Source of the DNA: an uncultured Actinomycetota bacterium
GTDB taxonomy: Bacteria; Actinomycetota; Actinomycetes; Mycobacteriales; Mycobacteriaceae
NCBI GenBank assembly: GCA_963826365.1
Contig: CAWGXA010000014.1
Coordinates: 285 to 64,284 of the forward strand
Direction: 5' to 3'
DNA: 64,000 nt
Shown here: in pieces, positions 30,278-39,978 of the stretch
How positions within the stretch are numbered: the stretch's first letter is position 1
Layout: the number at the start of each line of letters is the position of its first letter
Position numbers and translations under genes: made by a program
The notes under the pieces: model-generated
Database searches by the model: none
Seen by the model: only the letters and a program-made list of their open reading frames with translations
Told to the model about the DNA's origin: nothing

Positions 30278-31476
30278 ACTCGATGACTCCTTCGCAGTGG
30301 CTTGACGTCGCGGTGCTGGCCGTCGCCTTCATCGCGGCGATCTCGGGTTGGCGCTCGGGGGCGTTGGGTTCGTTGTTCTCGTTCATCGGGGTGCTGCTCG
30401 GCGCCATCGCGGGCGTGCTGCTGGCGCCACACATCGTCAGCCACATCGCCGCGCCGCGCGCCAAGCTGTTCACTGCGTTGTTCCTGATTCTGGCGCTGGT
30501 CGTCGTCGGTGAGGTCGCCGGCGTGGTGCTGGGACGGGCCGTTCGTGGTGCGATCCACAGCCGCACCATCCGGACCGTCGACTCGGTAATCGGGGTGGGG
30601 GTTCAGCTCGTCGTGGTGTTGACCGCGGCATGGTTACTGGCGACGCCGCTGACGCAGTCGAAGGATCAGCCCGAATTGGCTGCGGCAGTTCGGGGTTCGC
30701 GGGTGTTGGCTCGGGTCAACGAGGTCGCGCCGCCCTGGCTGAAGACGGTCCCCAAGCGGCTCTCGGCGCTACTGAATACGTCCGGCCTGCCTGCCGTGCT
30801 GGAACCCTTCAGCCGTACCCCGGTGATTCCGGTCGCATCCCCGGATCCGGCCCTGGCCAACAATCCCGTCGTTGCGTCCGTCGCACCCAGCGTCGTCAAA
30901 GTGCGCAGCGTCGCGCCCAGCTGTCAGAAAGTGTTGGAGGGCAGTGGATTCGTGATCGCGCCCGATCGAGTGATGACCAATGCGCACGTGGTGGCGGGGT
31001 CCAGCAGCGTGCAGGTCTACGCCAGCGGCAATCCGTTGGACGCCACCGTGGTGGACTATGACCCGTCGGTCGACATCGCCATTCTGGCTGTCCCGAACCT
31101 GCCGCCGCAGCCGCTGGCCTTCGCCGAAGCCGAGGCGAAAACCGGCAGCAACGTTGTGGTGCTGGGGTATCCCGGCGGCGGCAACTTCACCGCGACCCCG
31201 GCCAGGATCCGTGAGGCCATCAAACTCAGCGGCCCCGATATCTACCGGGACCCGGCTCCGGTTACCCGCGACGTGTACACCATCAGAGCCAATGTGGAGC
31301 AAGGTAATTCGGGCGGACCGTTGATAGACATGAGCGGCCATGTGCTCGGCGTGGTGTTCGGCGCGGCTGTCGACGACCCCGACACCGGATTCGTGTTGAC
31401 TGCCGGCGAGGTGTCCGGCCAGCTTTCCAGGATCGGCGACACGCAACAGATGGCGACCGGGGCCTGCGTCAGCTGA
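30274..31476 (+). CDS. marP: Acid-resistance membrane serine protease MarP
   Basis: CvpA-like TM region, TNAHVV, GNSGGP. Confidence 0.93.
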   Translation: MNSMTPSQWLDVAVLAVAFIAAISGWRSGALGSLFSFIGVLLGAIAGVLLAPHIVSHIAAPRAKLFTALFLILALVVVGEVAGVVLGRAVRGAIHSRTIRTVDSVIGVGVQLVVVLTAAWLLATPLTQSKDQPELAAAVRGSRVLARVNEVAPPWLKTVPKRLSALLNTSGLPAVLEPFSRTPVIPVASPDPALANNPVVASVAPSVVKVRSVAPSCQKVLEGSGFVIAPDRVMTNAHVVAGSSSVQVYASGNPLDATVVDYDPSVDIAILAVPNLPPQPLAFAEAEAKTGSNVVVLGYPGGGNFTATPARIREAIKLSGPDIYRDPAPVTRDVYTIRANVEQGNSGGPLIDMSGHVLGVVFGAAVDDPDTGFVLTAGEVSGQLSRIGDTQQMATGACVS

Positions 31477-32434
31477 CGCGGGGGCCGTGCACCTGCTCGA
31501 GAAACCGCATCAGGTGTCTGTTGACTTCCTCGGGCGCCTCTTCATGGCTGAAATGTCCTGCGCCAGAGATGGATAGATAGCGTCCCTGCGGCGCATAACG
31601 CTGGCTGTGATCGACCGGGTCGGCCAGAACGTAAGGGTCGGCGTCGCCGCGCAGGTGCAGCAACGGCACACCGAGTTGCTGCGAGATCGACTTGATGAAT
31701 CGGTGGCCCTCGCCGCGCAGCTGGCTGCGCACCGCCCAGCGCTGATACTCCAGCGCGCAGTGCGCGGCCCCGGGAATCTGAATCGCCGTCCGAAGATGGC
31801 CGATCGTTTGTGAAAAGTCCTCGGAGGCAACCCATTTGGCGCAGCTTCGGCTACTCACCAGACGTTCGATCTCTGCCCCGTCGTCGCGGGTCAGCTGGCG
31901 TTCCGGCCACAGCGGCATCTGATAGCGCAGCAAGGTTGGCAACAACGCGTAGCCCTGATCACGACGCGTCAGCGCGGAGCGTCGCAACGCGGCCGGGTGT
32001 GGCGAGCTGATCAGCGCGATAGCGCGGACCAGCCGTGCGTGCAGCAGTGCGGCGGTCCAGCAAGCCAGGCCGCCGTCGGCGTGGCCGATCAGTGTGGCCG
32101 ACGAATGCCCAAGTGCGCGAATGAGTCCGGCCGTGTCGCCGGCCAGCGTCCAGGCGTCGTAGCCGCGGGGCGGCTTGTCGCTACCGCCATAGCCGCGCAG
32201 GTCGAAAGCGACCACTCGCGCACCGGTCAGCCCGCGCAACTGATGACGCCAGGACCACCAGAACGAGCCGAAGCCGTGCAGCAGGACGACCAGCGGCCGC
32301 GAGGTGGCTGGTGTGGTCGAATCCTCGGGGGTTGGCTGTGCCTCGACGACATGGAATCGGATGCCGTTGGCGTGCACATCCAAATGTCGCCACGGCCCGT
32401 CGATGCGGGTCACCGACGGATCCGGCACTGACAT
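31469..32434 (-). CDS. ephE: Epoxide hydrolase-like alpha/beta hydrolase (Rv3670 ortholog)
   Basis: LLHGF, DLRGYGGS, GHADGG, GHFSHEE. Confidence 0.85.
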   Translation of the reverse strand: MSVPDPSVTRIDGPWRHLDVHANGIRFHVVEAQPTPEDSTTPATSRPLVVLLHGFGSFWWSWRHQLRGLTGARVVAFDLRGYGGSDKPPRGYDAWTLAGDTAGLIRALGHSSATLIGHADGGLACWTAALLHARLVRAIALISSPHPAALRRSALTRRDQGYALLPTLLRYQMPLWPERQLTRDDGAEIERLVSSRSCAKWVASEDFSQTIGHLRTAIQIPGAAHCALEYQRWAVRSQLRGEGHRFIKSISQQLGVPLLHLRGDADPYVLADPVDHSQRYAPQGRYLSISGAGHFSHEEAPEEVNRHLMRFLEQVHGPRVS

Positions 32435-32995
32435 TTACCAGCCTGAGGGATCTATGGCGGGAGTGTCCGGGCCGCTTTCGGGTGTGGTGAGCTTGCGCAG
32501 TGCGGCCTTGTCGTGGCCGGGGGTGAGTGCGGTGCGGGCCTCCTTGACCGATTCGATGGTCTGCCGCGGTCCCCGTATCCGGCGGACTTTCAAGAACCCC
32601 AACAGTCCCAGCACCGCCCCCACCACAACCTGGATCGCGAACACGATCAGGAACGCGACCCAGCGCCACAGCCAGTTGTCGAGCAGCTCGGCGAGGAAGA
32701 AGAAGAAAAAGAAGGTGGAGTAGAACAGCACCACCAGCGCGGCGATGAAGTAGACGCTGCCGGTCAGGCCCTTTTTGACGTCGCTGGTGATTTCGGCGCG
32801 GGCCAGTTCGACTTCGGCGCGCACCAACGTGGACATCTGGGTTGTCGCGTCTTTGATCAGGTCACCGATTGACGGTTCGGCGGACCCGGCGTGCGGGTCG
32901 GCCAACGGAATCGTGGTCAGCGTGCTGGGCACACCGTTGTTGCGATCGTCTTTGCTCACAGACGGTCCTCTCCGTTCGCTGTCGTCGCGGTTCAT
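32435..32995 (-). CDS. Holin-like two-TM membrane protein (Rv3669 ortholog)
   Basis: SIGDLIKDAT..MSTLVRAEVELARAE, synteny. Confidence 0.8.
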   Translation of the reverse strand: MNRDDSERRGPSVSKDDRNNGVPSTLTTIPLADPHAGSAEPSIGDLIKDATTQMSTLVRAEVELARAEITSDVKKGLTGSVYFIAALVVLFYSTFFFFFFLAELLDNWLWRWVAFLIVFAIQVVVGAVLGLLGFLKVRRIRGPRQTIESVKEARTALTPGHDKAALRKLTTPESGPDTPAIDPSGW

Positions 32996-33172
32996 GTTGC
33001 CATGCGCTGCGATGGCAGACGAGGCCAGCCGAAGACGGGCGCTTCCCCCGACCGAACGGGCCGGAAATTTTTGACGGCCAACGCAATTTGCACAACACGG
33101 GAAGGGCCCTGGTGATCATTTAGACTGGCGCAGCTGTTCTCCGACATTCGGCCAGCTGAAGGGATTTTCGCT

Positions 33173-33868
33173 TTGCGAAAGGCGCATCGCTGGTTGGTGG
33201 TGGCGCTGGTGGCAGTGCTGTTGGCGCTGCAAGGTTTGCCCGGCCGGGCTGTTGCCGACGACCGGGTCCCGATGGGCGGCGGCGCCGGCATCGTCATCAA
33301 TGGCGACACGATGTGCACCCTGACCACCATTGGAGGCGATGCGGCCGGTGAGCTGATCGGCTTCACTTCCGCGCACTGTGGGGGGCCCGGTGCGCAGATC
33401 GCCGCCGAGGCCGCCCAGGGCCGAGGCGCGCTGGGCGTGATGGTCGCCGGCAACGACGCCCTCGACTACGCGGTGATCAAGTTCGATCCGGCCAAGGTTG
33501 CGCCGGTGGCCAATTACAACGGCTTCGTGATCAACGGCATCGGCCCGAACCCGGTCTTCGGTCAGGTCGCCTGCAAGCAGGGCCGCACCACGGGCAACTC
33601 GTGCGGTGTCACCTGGGGGATGGGCCAGGATCCGGGCACCCTCGTCATGCAGGTCTGCGGCCGACCGGGTGACTCCGGAGCACCGGTGACCGTCGACAAC
33701 CTGCTGGTCGGCATGATCCACGGCGCGTTCAGCGACGCCTTGCCGGACTGCGTGATCAAGTACATCCCGCTACACACTCCGGCGGTGGTGATGTCGTTTC
33801 CCGCCATCCTGGCCGACATCAACGCCAAGAAGCGGCCCGGCGCCGGTTTCGTCCCGGTGCCGGCCTGA
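33173..33868 (+). CDS. Secreted S1-family serine protease (Rv3668c ortholog)
   Basis: Signal peptide, TSAHC, LDYA, GDSGAP. Confidence 0.85.
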   Translation: MRKAHRWLVVALVAVLLALQGLPGRAVADDRVPMGGGAGIVINGDTMCTLTTIGGDAAGELIGFTSAHCGGPGAQIAAEAAQGRGALGVMVAGNDALDYAVIKFDPAKVAPVANYNGFVINGIGPNPVFGQVACKQGRTTGNSCGVTWGMGQDPGTLVMQVCGRPGDSGAPVTVDNLLVGMIHGAFSDALPDCVIKYIPLHTPAVVMSFPAILADINAKKRPGAGFVPVPA

Positions 33869-33869
33869 G

Positions 33870-35843
33870 CTACTTGGCCGCCCGGATCGCGTCGAACACG
33901 CCCGGATCAAGCAGTGTCGACGTGTCGCCGAGCTCACGCTTTTCGGCGATGTCACGCAGCAGCCTGCGCATGATCTTGCCGCTACGGGTCTTCGGCAGCT
34001 CCGGCACGACGTGGATCTCTCGTGGCTTGGCGATCGGGGAGATCTCCTGGGCCACCTGCGTGCGTAGCTCGCCGACGGTCTCGTCGTGCACCTCGTAGCT
34101 GGCGCATAACACGACGAACGCGCAGATGGCCTGGCCGGTGGTGTCGTCGGTGACACCGACCACCGCCGCCTCGGCGACACCGGAGTGGCCGACCAGCGCC
34201 GACTCCACCTCGGCGGTGGAGATGCGGTGCCCGGACACGTTCATCACGTCGTCGATGCGGCCCAGCACCCAGATCGCGCCGTCGGGATCGAAGCGCGCGC
34301 CATCGCCGGCGAAGTAATAGCCCTTGTCGGCGAATTTGGACCAGTACGTGTCTATGAAACGCTCCGGGTCACCCCAGATGCCGCGCAGCATCGAAGGCCA
34401 GGGTTGGTCCAAGACCAGGTATCCGGTGACGTTTTTGGCGGCGTCCGGGTCGGGCTGCAGCGGATCGCCGTGGTCGTCGACGATCTTGGCCGAGATCCCG
34501 GGCAGCGGTGTCATCGCCGAACCCGGTTTGGCTGCAGCGATTCCCGGCAGCGGCGAGATCATTGCCGAACCGGTCTCGGTTTGCCACCAGGTGTCGACGA
34601 TCGGCAGGGTGGCCGCGCCGAAGACCTCGTGATACCAGCGCCAGGCCTCGGGGTTGATCGGTTCACCGACCGAACCCAGTAGCCGCAGGCTGGACAGATC
34701 GTGGGCATCGGGGATCTCGCGGCCCCACTTCATGAAGGTGCGAATGAGGGTGGGCGCCGTGTAATAGATTGTGACGCCGTACTTTTCGATGATCTGGAAA
34801 TGCCGGTTGCGGTCCGGGCTGTCGGGTGTGCCTTCGTAGAGAACCTCGGTGATGCCGTTGGACAGCGGCCCGTAGACGCCGTAGGTGTGGCCGGTGACCC
34901 AGCCGATGTCGGCGGTGCACCAGAACACGTCGGCTTCTGGCTTGACGTCGAAAATGGTGTGCACCGTGTAGCAGCATTGGGTCAGGTAGCCGCCGCTGGT
35001 GTGCACGATGCCCTTGGGCTTGCCGGTGGTGCCCGATGTGTACAGCAAAAACAACGGATGCTCGGCATCGAAGGGCTGCGCGGTGTGTTCGGGCGACGCC
35101 GAGCCGACGGCTTCATGCCACCACACGTCGCGATCGTCGTTCCAGGACACGTCAATTCCGGTGCGCCGCACCACCAGAACGTGTTCGACAGGGCTGTCGC
35201 CGTCCGGGCCCGGCGCCACGGCTTCGTCGGCCGCGTCCTTCAACGGCGCGGGCTTGCCGCGCCGGAACTGCCCGTCGCTAGTGATCAGCAACTTCGCCTG
35301 GGCGTCGGCGATCCGGGCGCGCAGTGCCTTCGCGGTGAAACCGCCGAACACGACGCTGTGCATCAGGCCCAGCCGCGCGCAAGCCAGCATCGCGATCACT
35401 GCTTCGGGAATCAACGGCATATAGATGGCGACCCGATCGCCGCCCACCAGACCGAGGTCGGTCAGCGCGTTGGCCGCCTTGCACACCTCGGCCTGCAGAT
35501 CGGAGTAGGTCAGGCTGCGGCTATCGCCGACGGGTTCGCCTTCCCAGTGAATAGCGACCCGGTCCCCGAGACCGGCCTCGACATGGCGGTCCACGCAGTT
35601 GTAGGCGACGTTGAGTTTACCGTCCGCGAACCACTTGGCGAAGGGCGCGTTCGACCAGTCCAGTACCTCGGTGAACGGCTTTGCCCAGGACAGTCGTTTG
35701 GCCTGCTTGGCCCAGAATTCCAGCCGGTCCTGTTCGGCTTCGCTGTACAGCTCCTCGCGTGCGTTGGCCCGCTCGGCGAACTTGGCCGATGGCGGATAGG
35801 AAGCTGGATGCGACGACGGACCTTCGGTGTGGGTGGCGGTCAC
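33870..35843 (-). CDS. acs: Acetyl-CoA synthetase
   Basis: YTSGTTGKPKG, DTWWQTETG, LPKTRSGKIMRR. Confidence 0.95.
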   Translation of the reverse strand: MTATHTEGPSSHPASYPPSAKFAERANAREELYSEAEQDRLEFWAKQAKRLSWAKPFTEVLDWSNAPFAKWFADGKLNVAYNCVDRHVEAGLGDRVAIHWEGEPVGDSRSLTYSDLQAEVCKAANALTDLGLVGGDRVAIYMPLIPEAVIAMLACARLGLMHSVVFGGFTAKALRARIADAQAKLLITSDGQFRRGKPAPLKDAADEAVAPGPDGDSPVEHVLVVRRTGIDVSWNDDRDVWWHEAVGSASPEHTAQPFDAEHPLFLLYTSGTTGKPKGIVHTSGGYLTQCCYTVHTIFDVKPEADVFWCTADIGWVTGHTYGVYGPLSNGITEVLYEGTPDSPDRNRHFQIIEKYGVTIYYTAPTLIRTFMKWGREIPDAHDLSSLRLLGSVGEPINPEAWRWYHEVFGAATLPIVDTWWQTETGSAMISPLPGIAAAKPGSAMTPLPGISAKIVDDHGDPLQPDPDAAKNVTGYLVLDQPWPSMLRGIWGDPERFIDTYWSKFADKGYYFAGDGARFDPDGAIWVLGRIDDVMNVSGHRISTAEVESALVGHSGVAEAAVVGVTDDTTGQAICAFVVLCASYEVHDETVGELRTQVAQEISPIAKPREIHVVPELPKTRSGKIMRRLLRDIAEKRELGDTSTLLDPGVFDAIRAAK

Positions 35844-35907
35844 TGAGGCTTCTCCTATGTCGAGGCTCTGCCGGTTCGTTAGCCGTCTGTGAGCCTAGAC
35901 CGGCGAG

Positions 35908-36516
35908 ATGAAGATGCGTGCCGCAATCCGGGGTCAAAGCACGCCGCTATACCTCATAATCACGGTTGTGCCGGGACCTCACAGGCGGGACAGCCGCCGG
36001 CTGGTTTCCAGCTTTGCCGTCGCCGCAACGTGTTACGCGGCCACCACGCTGCTGGGACCGCCAGCCTGGGCCGTACCGATTGAGACCAGCGACGAGGCGA
36101 CGCCGTGCTGGGCGGAGCAGGTCGCCGTGAGTGCGTCCCCGACCGAAGGTGCCGTGGGCCATCGGGCGCTGACGCTGACGTTCAGCCTCGCCGGCGGCGC
36201 CGAGCCGTGCACGCTCACCGGCTACCCCTCCGTCGAGTCCGGTGCGGGTGGACCGGACATCCACGCCAAGCCCACGTTGCGTGGATACATGGGTGGTTTG
36301 CCGAGCGGTATCGACGTGCCGCCCAGTGTCACCCTGTCGATCTCGACGCAGGGCCAGGCGATCGTCGAGAGCATGGCGATCGATGGCAAGGGCAATCCGT
36401 GTCCCAGCTACACCGATCTGCGCGTCAATCCGCCCGACACCGGCGTCGTGTACACGGTGCCCGCCGCCATCGATGCCTGCGAACTGCAGGTGCATCCGCT
36501 GACCGCTGGCCAATAG
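35908..36516 (+). CDS. Secreted DUF4232-like protein
   Basis: Hydrophobic leader, CTLTGYPSV, paired Cys; start uncertain. Confidence 0.65.
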   Translation: MKMRAAIRGQSTPLYLIITVVPGPHRRDSRRLVSSFAVAATCYAATTLLGPPAWAVPIETSDEATPCWAEQVAVSASPTEGAVGHRALTLTFSLAGGAEPCTLTGYPSVESGAGGPDIHAKPTLRGYMGGLPSGIDVPPSVTLSISTQGQAIVESMAIDGKGNPCPSYTDLRVNPPDTGVVYTVPAAIDACELQVHPLTAGQ

Positions 36517-36519
36517 GGA

Positions 36520-37320
36520 TTATTCGGAGGCCTTGTCCAGGCAGTAAACGACGGGGGGACTGGGATAGCTGGCGCTGCCCTTGGTTCCGGGCGGGCACTC
36601 CGACTTATCCGTGCCGCCGTCGATGCGCTGGACGACTCTCACCAGCCCGGGTCCAGGGTCATTGCAGTCGCCCAAGCTCAGACGCGGATGATGGACGTCG
36701 CCTGTGAGCTGGTAGCACTGGCCCTCTTTGAGGTTCAGGGCGAAACACAGAATGGTCGACTCGTCGCTGAAATGGTCGTACTTGGAGCCGTCGCGTTTCC
36801 CATCCGGGCAGGTCGCCAGGGGACCACCTTTGGTTGCGAGCTGGTCGACATTCGCTGGATTGGCGCAGTCGTTTTCCGGTCGCGAACCGAATGACTGTGC
36901 GACATAAGCTGATTGGGTAATGCATTCGCCAACCGACATTGAGGTGTCCGTCGCACCGGGGCGGGATCTGCCCGCCATGTCTGCGGCAACGCGCGCGAAA
37001 TTCCCGAGGATTCCAAACGCCAGCAGGACCGCACCGATGATGATGAGCGCGGTTGCCGATTTCGCGGTGCGTTGCTGCGGATAGCCGTAAGGCGGGTAAG
37101 CCGGGTAGGGCGGCCCGGGATACGGGCCCGGATATCCCATCGGCGGCGCGGGCGGTCCTGGCGGGTATGGGTAGCCGGGATGGGCCTGTCGGCGACGACG
37201 TGACCGATCCCACAAGCCGATGACCAGGCAGATCAATCCGATCAGCGGAATGCCAAGCGACACCATCAACGCGCCCGCGTGATACGCGACTCCATCTGAG
37301 GCGGCGTATAGGGAGGTCAC
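36520..37320 (-). CDS. Two-TM membrane protein with Pro/Tyr-rich loop and Cys-rich extracellular domain
   Basis: Two hydrophobic helices flanking PGYPYPPGPP repeats; eight Cys in the C-terminal half. Confidence 0.65.
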   Translation of the reverse strand: MTSLYAASDGVAYHAGALMVSLGIPLIGLICLVIGLWDRSRRRRQAHPGYPYPPGPPAPPMGYPGPYPGPPYPAYPPYGYPQQRTAKSATALIIIGAVLLAFGILGNFARVAADMAGRSRPGATDTSMSVGECITQSAYVAQSFGSRPENDCANPANVDQLATKGGPLATCPDGKRDGSKYDHFSDESTILCFALNLKEGQCYQLTGDVHHPRLSLGDCNDPGPGLVRVVQRIDGGTDKSECPPGTKGSASYPSPPVVYCLDKASE

Positions 37321-37406
37321 GGCGCGATACTAGGTCGAGAACAGCAACTGGTGCACTTCACCGGTGCCGGCCCGCCCGTCTTTGCTCGGTCGCTATGGTC
37401 GCAATC

Positions 37407-39050
37407 ATGCGACGGATGCGGACTACGGCGGCGGCCCTGGCCGTCGGCATGCTGGTCGCCGCGTCGCTGGCCGGCTGCGGCGGCGGTGGCGTGTTGAGCC
37501 CCGATCTGGTGCTGGTCAACGGCGGGGAACCGCCCTACCCACTGGTGCCGACCAGTACTAACGACAGCAACGGCGGGCGGATCATCGATCGGCTTTTCGC
37601 TGGGCTGATGTCCTACGACGCCGCCGGACACCCCGCGGAGGAGGTCGCCCAGTCGATCCAGACCACCGACAACGTCAACTACCGCATCGTCCTCAAGCCC
37701 GGGTGGAAGTTCACCGATGGTTCGCCGGTGACGGCCCACTCGTTCGTCGACGCGTGGAACTACGGAGCGCTGAGCAGCAATACCCAACTGCAGCAGAGCT
37801 TTTTCGACCCCATCGACGGGTTCGACGAGGTCGCCGGCGTGACCGGTGACGGGAAGCCGGCCCCAAAAACGGGGCGGACCACCATGTCTGGGCTACAAGT
37901 GGTCAACGATCGCGAGTTCACCGTGCGACTCAAGGCGCCGACCGTCGACTTTTTGCTGCGGCTGGGTCATAGCGCGTTCTATCCGCTGCCCGACGTCGCC
38001 TTTCGCGATATGGCGGCGTTCGGCCGCAACCCGATCGGCAACGGCCCGTATCAGCTTGCCGACAGCCCGGACGGCCCGGCCTGGGAGCACAACGTCAAGA
38101 TCGACGTGCGGCCCAATCCCGGCTATCACGGCAATCGCATGCCCCACAACAAGGGTCTGAGGTTCGAGTTCTACGCCAATCTGGACACCGCCTACGCAGA
38201 TCTGCTTTCCGGCAATCTCGATGTGCTGGACACGATTCCGCCTAGTGCGCTGCCGATTTACCGGCGCGACTTGGGCGACAATGCCGTCAGCAGTCCGGTG
38301 GCGGTCAAACACAGTCTCGATACCCCATTGCGGCTGGCGCATTTCGGCGGCGAGGAAGGTCGGCTGCGCCGGCTTGCGCTGTCGGCTGCCGTCGACCGCG
38401 TGCAGATCTGCAAGCATGTCTTTCTCGGCACCCGCACCCCGTCAGAGGATTTCACCGCCAGATCGTTGCCAGGTTTCGATCCGAACCTGCCGGGTAACTC
38501 CGTGTTGAACTTCAACCCGGATCGCGCGCGCCAACTTTGGTCGCAAGCCAACGCGATCTCGGCGTTCAGCGGCCAGTACGTAATCGCCTATAACGCCGAT
38601 GCCGGAAATCAGGAGTGGGTAGACGCGGTGGCCAACAGCATCAAGAACGTGCTGGGCATCGACGCGCTCGGCGCGCCGCAGCCGACCTTCGCCGGGTTCC
38701 GCACCGAGATCACCAACCACACGATCTCGACCGGGTTCCGCGCCGCGTGGCAGGGCGACTACCCGTCACTGATCGAGTTCCTTGCGCCACTGTTCGCCTC
38801 CGGGGCGGGATCCAACGACGTCGGCTATTCCAATCCCGAGTTCGACGCGGCACTCGCGGCCGCCGAGGCCGCGCCCAATCTGCAGGAGTCCGACACCCTG
38901 GCCAACGCGGCGCAGCAATTCCTGTTGCACGACATGCCCGTTGTCCCGCTGTGGGACAACATCAGCGTGGTCGGGTGGTCGCCGGAGGTCACAAACGTCC
39001 ACGTCACCTGGAATGGTCTGCCCGACTACGAGAACGTCGTGAAGGGCTGA
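37407..39050 (+). CDS. dppA: Peptide ABC transporter substrate-binding lipoprotein
   Basis: LAGC lipobox, family 5 SBP; ATG 37407 lies 7 nt after TATGGT. Confidence 0.92.
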   Translation: MRRMRTTAAALAVGMLVAASLAGCGGGGVLSPDLVLVNGGEPPYPLVPTSTNDSNGGRIIDRLFAGLMSYDAAGHPAEEVAQSIQTTDNVNYRIVLKPGWKFTDGSPVTAHSFVDAWNYGALSSNTQLQQSFFDPIDGFDEVAGVTGDGKPAPKTGRTTMSGLQVVNDREFTVRLKAPTVDFLLRLGHSAFYPLPDVAFRDMAAFGRNPIGNGPYQLADSPDGPAWEHNVKIDVRPNPGYHGNRMPHNKGLRFEFYANLDTAYADLLSGNLDVLDTIPPSALPIYRRDLGDNAVSSPVAVKHSLDTPLRLAHFGGEEGRLRRLALSAAVDRVQICKHVFLGTRTPSEDFTARSLPGFDPNLPGNSVLNFNPDRARQLWSQANAISAFSGQYVIAYNADAGNQEWVDAVANSIKNVLGIDALGAPQPTFAGFRTEITNHTISTGFRAAWQGDYPSLIEFLAPLFASGAGSNDVGYSNPEFDAALAAAEAAPNLQESDTLANAAQQFLLHDMPVVPLWDNISVVGWSPEVTNVHVTWNGLPDYENVVKG

Positions 39051-39051
39051 G

Positions 39052-39978
39052 ATGGGTTGGTACATCGCACGCCGAATCGCCATCATGGTGCCGGTTTTTC
39101 TCGGTGCCACGCTGTTGATCTACGGCATGGTGTTCCTGCTGCCTGGTGATCCGGTGGCAGCGATGGCAGGAGACCGTCCGCTGACTTCCTCGGCGGCCGC
39201 GGCGCTGCGCGCCCGTTACCACCTCGATGACCCGTTCATCGTGCAATACCTGCGCTACCTGGGTGGGATCTTGCACGGCGATTTGGGCCGGTCTTACTCC
39301 GGGCTTCCGGTCAGTTCCGTTCTGGCGCATGCATTTCCGGTTACCATCCGACTGGCGCTGATCGCGGTGGCGGTGGAGGCGGTGTTGGGGATCGGCTTCG
39401 GCGTGCTCGCCGGACTGCGGCAGGGCAGTTTCTTCGATTCCACGGTATTGCTCACCGGCCTCGTCATCATCGCGATCCCGGTATTCGTCCTGGGCTTTCT
39501 CGCGCAATTCGTGTTCGGTGTCCGGCTCGGAATCGCGCCGGTCACGGTGGGTCCGAGTTCGACATTCGCGCGGTTGCTGCTGCCCGGAATCGTCTTGGGT
39601 TCGGTATCTTTCGCATACGTGGTGCGGTTGACCCGATCCGCGGTCGCCGCCAACGCGCACGCTGACTATGTCCGCACCGCTACCGCAAAAGGATTGTCCC
39701 GGCCGCGGGTGGTCATGGTGCACATCCTGCGCAACTCACTGATCCCGGTGGTCACGTTCCTCGGTGCCGACCTGGGATCGCTGATGGGAGGAGCCATTGT
39801 CACCGAAGGTATCTTCAACATCCACGGTGTCGGTGGCGTGTTGTTTCAGGCTGTCACCCGGCAGGAGGCGCCCACGGTGGTGTCCATCGTCACGGTTCTG
39901 GTGTTGATCTATCTGGTGGCCAACTTGATGGTGGATTTACTGTATGCCGCTCTTGACCCTCGGATCCGTTATGGCTGA
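39052..39978 (+). CDS. dppB: Peptide ABC transporter permease
   Basis: PGDP, YVRTATAKGL EAA-like loop. Confidence 0.92.
   Translation: MGWYIARRIAIMVPVFLGATLLIYGMVFLLPGDPVAAMAGDRPLTSSAAAALRARYHLDDPFIVQYLRYLGGILHGDLGRSYSGLPVSSVLAHAFPVTIRLALIAVAVEAVLGIGFGVLAGLRQGSFFDSTVLLTGLVIIAIPVFVLGFLAQFVFGVRLGIAPVTVGPSSTFARLLLPGIVLGSVSFAYVVRLTRSAVAANAHADYVRTATAKGLSRPRVVMVHILRNSLIPVVTFLGADLGSLMGGAIVTEGIFNIHGVGGVLFQAVTRQEAPTVVSIVTVLVLIYLVANLMVDLLYAALDPRIRYG

Noticed and set aside
32698-32720. GAAGAAGAAAAAGAAG tract as a phase-variation site
   Set aside because: Encodes an in-frame poly-Phe transmembrane stretch of a conserved protein
32435-32995. Holin-like gene as a prophage sign
   Set aside because: Core Rv3669 ortholog in conserved synteny with no phage genes nearby
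34701-35846. Long antisense or alternate-frame ORFs here and elsewhere (e.g. 15252-16502, 12442-13593, 46217-47188)
   Set aside because: Shadows of real genes caused by high GC3 codon bias
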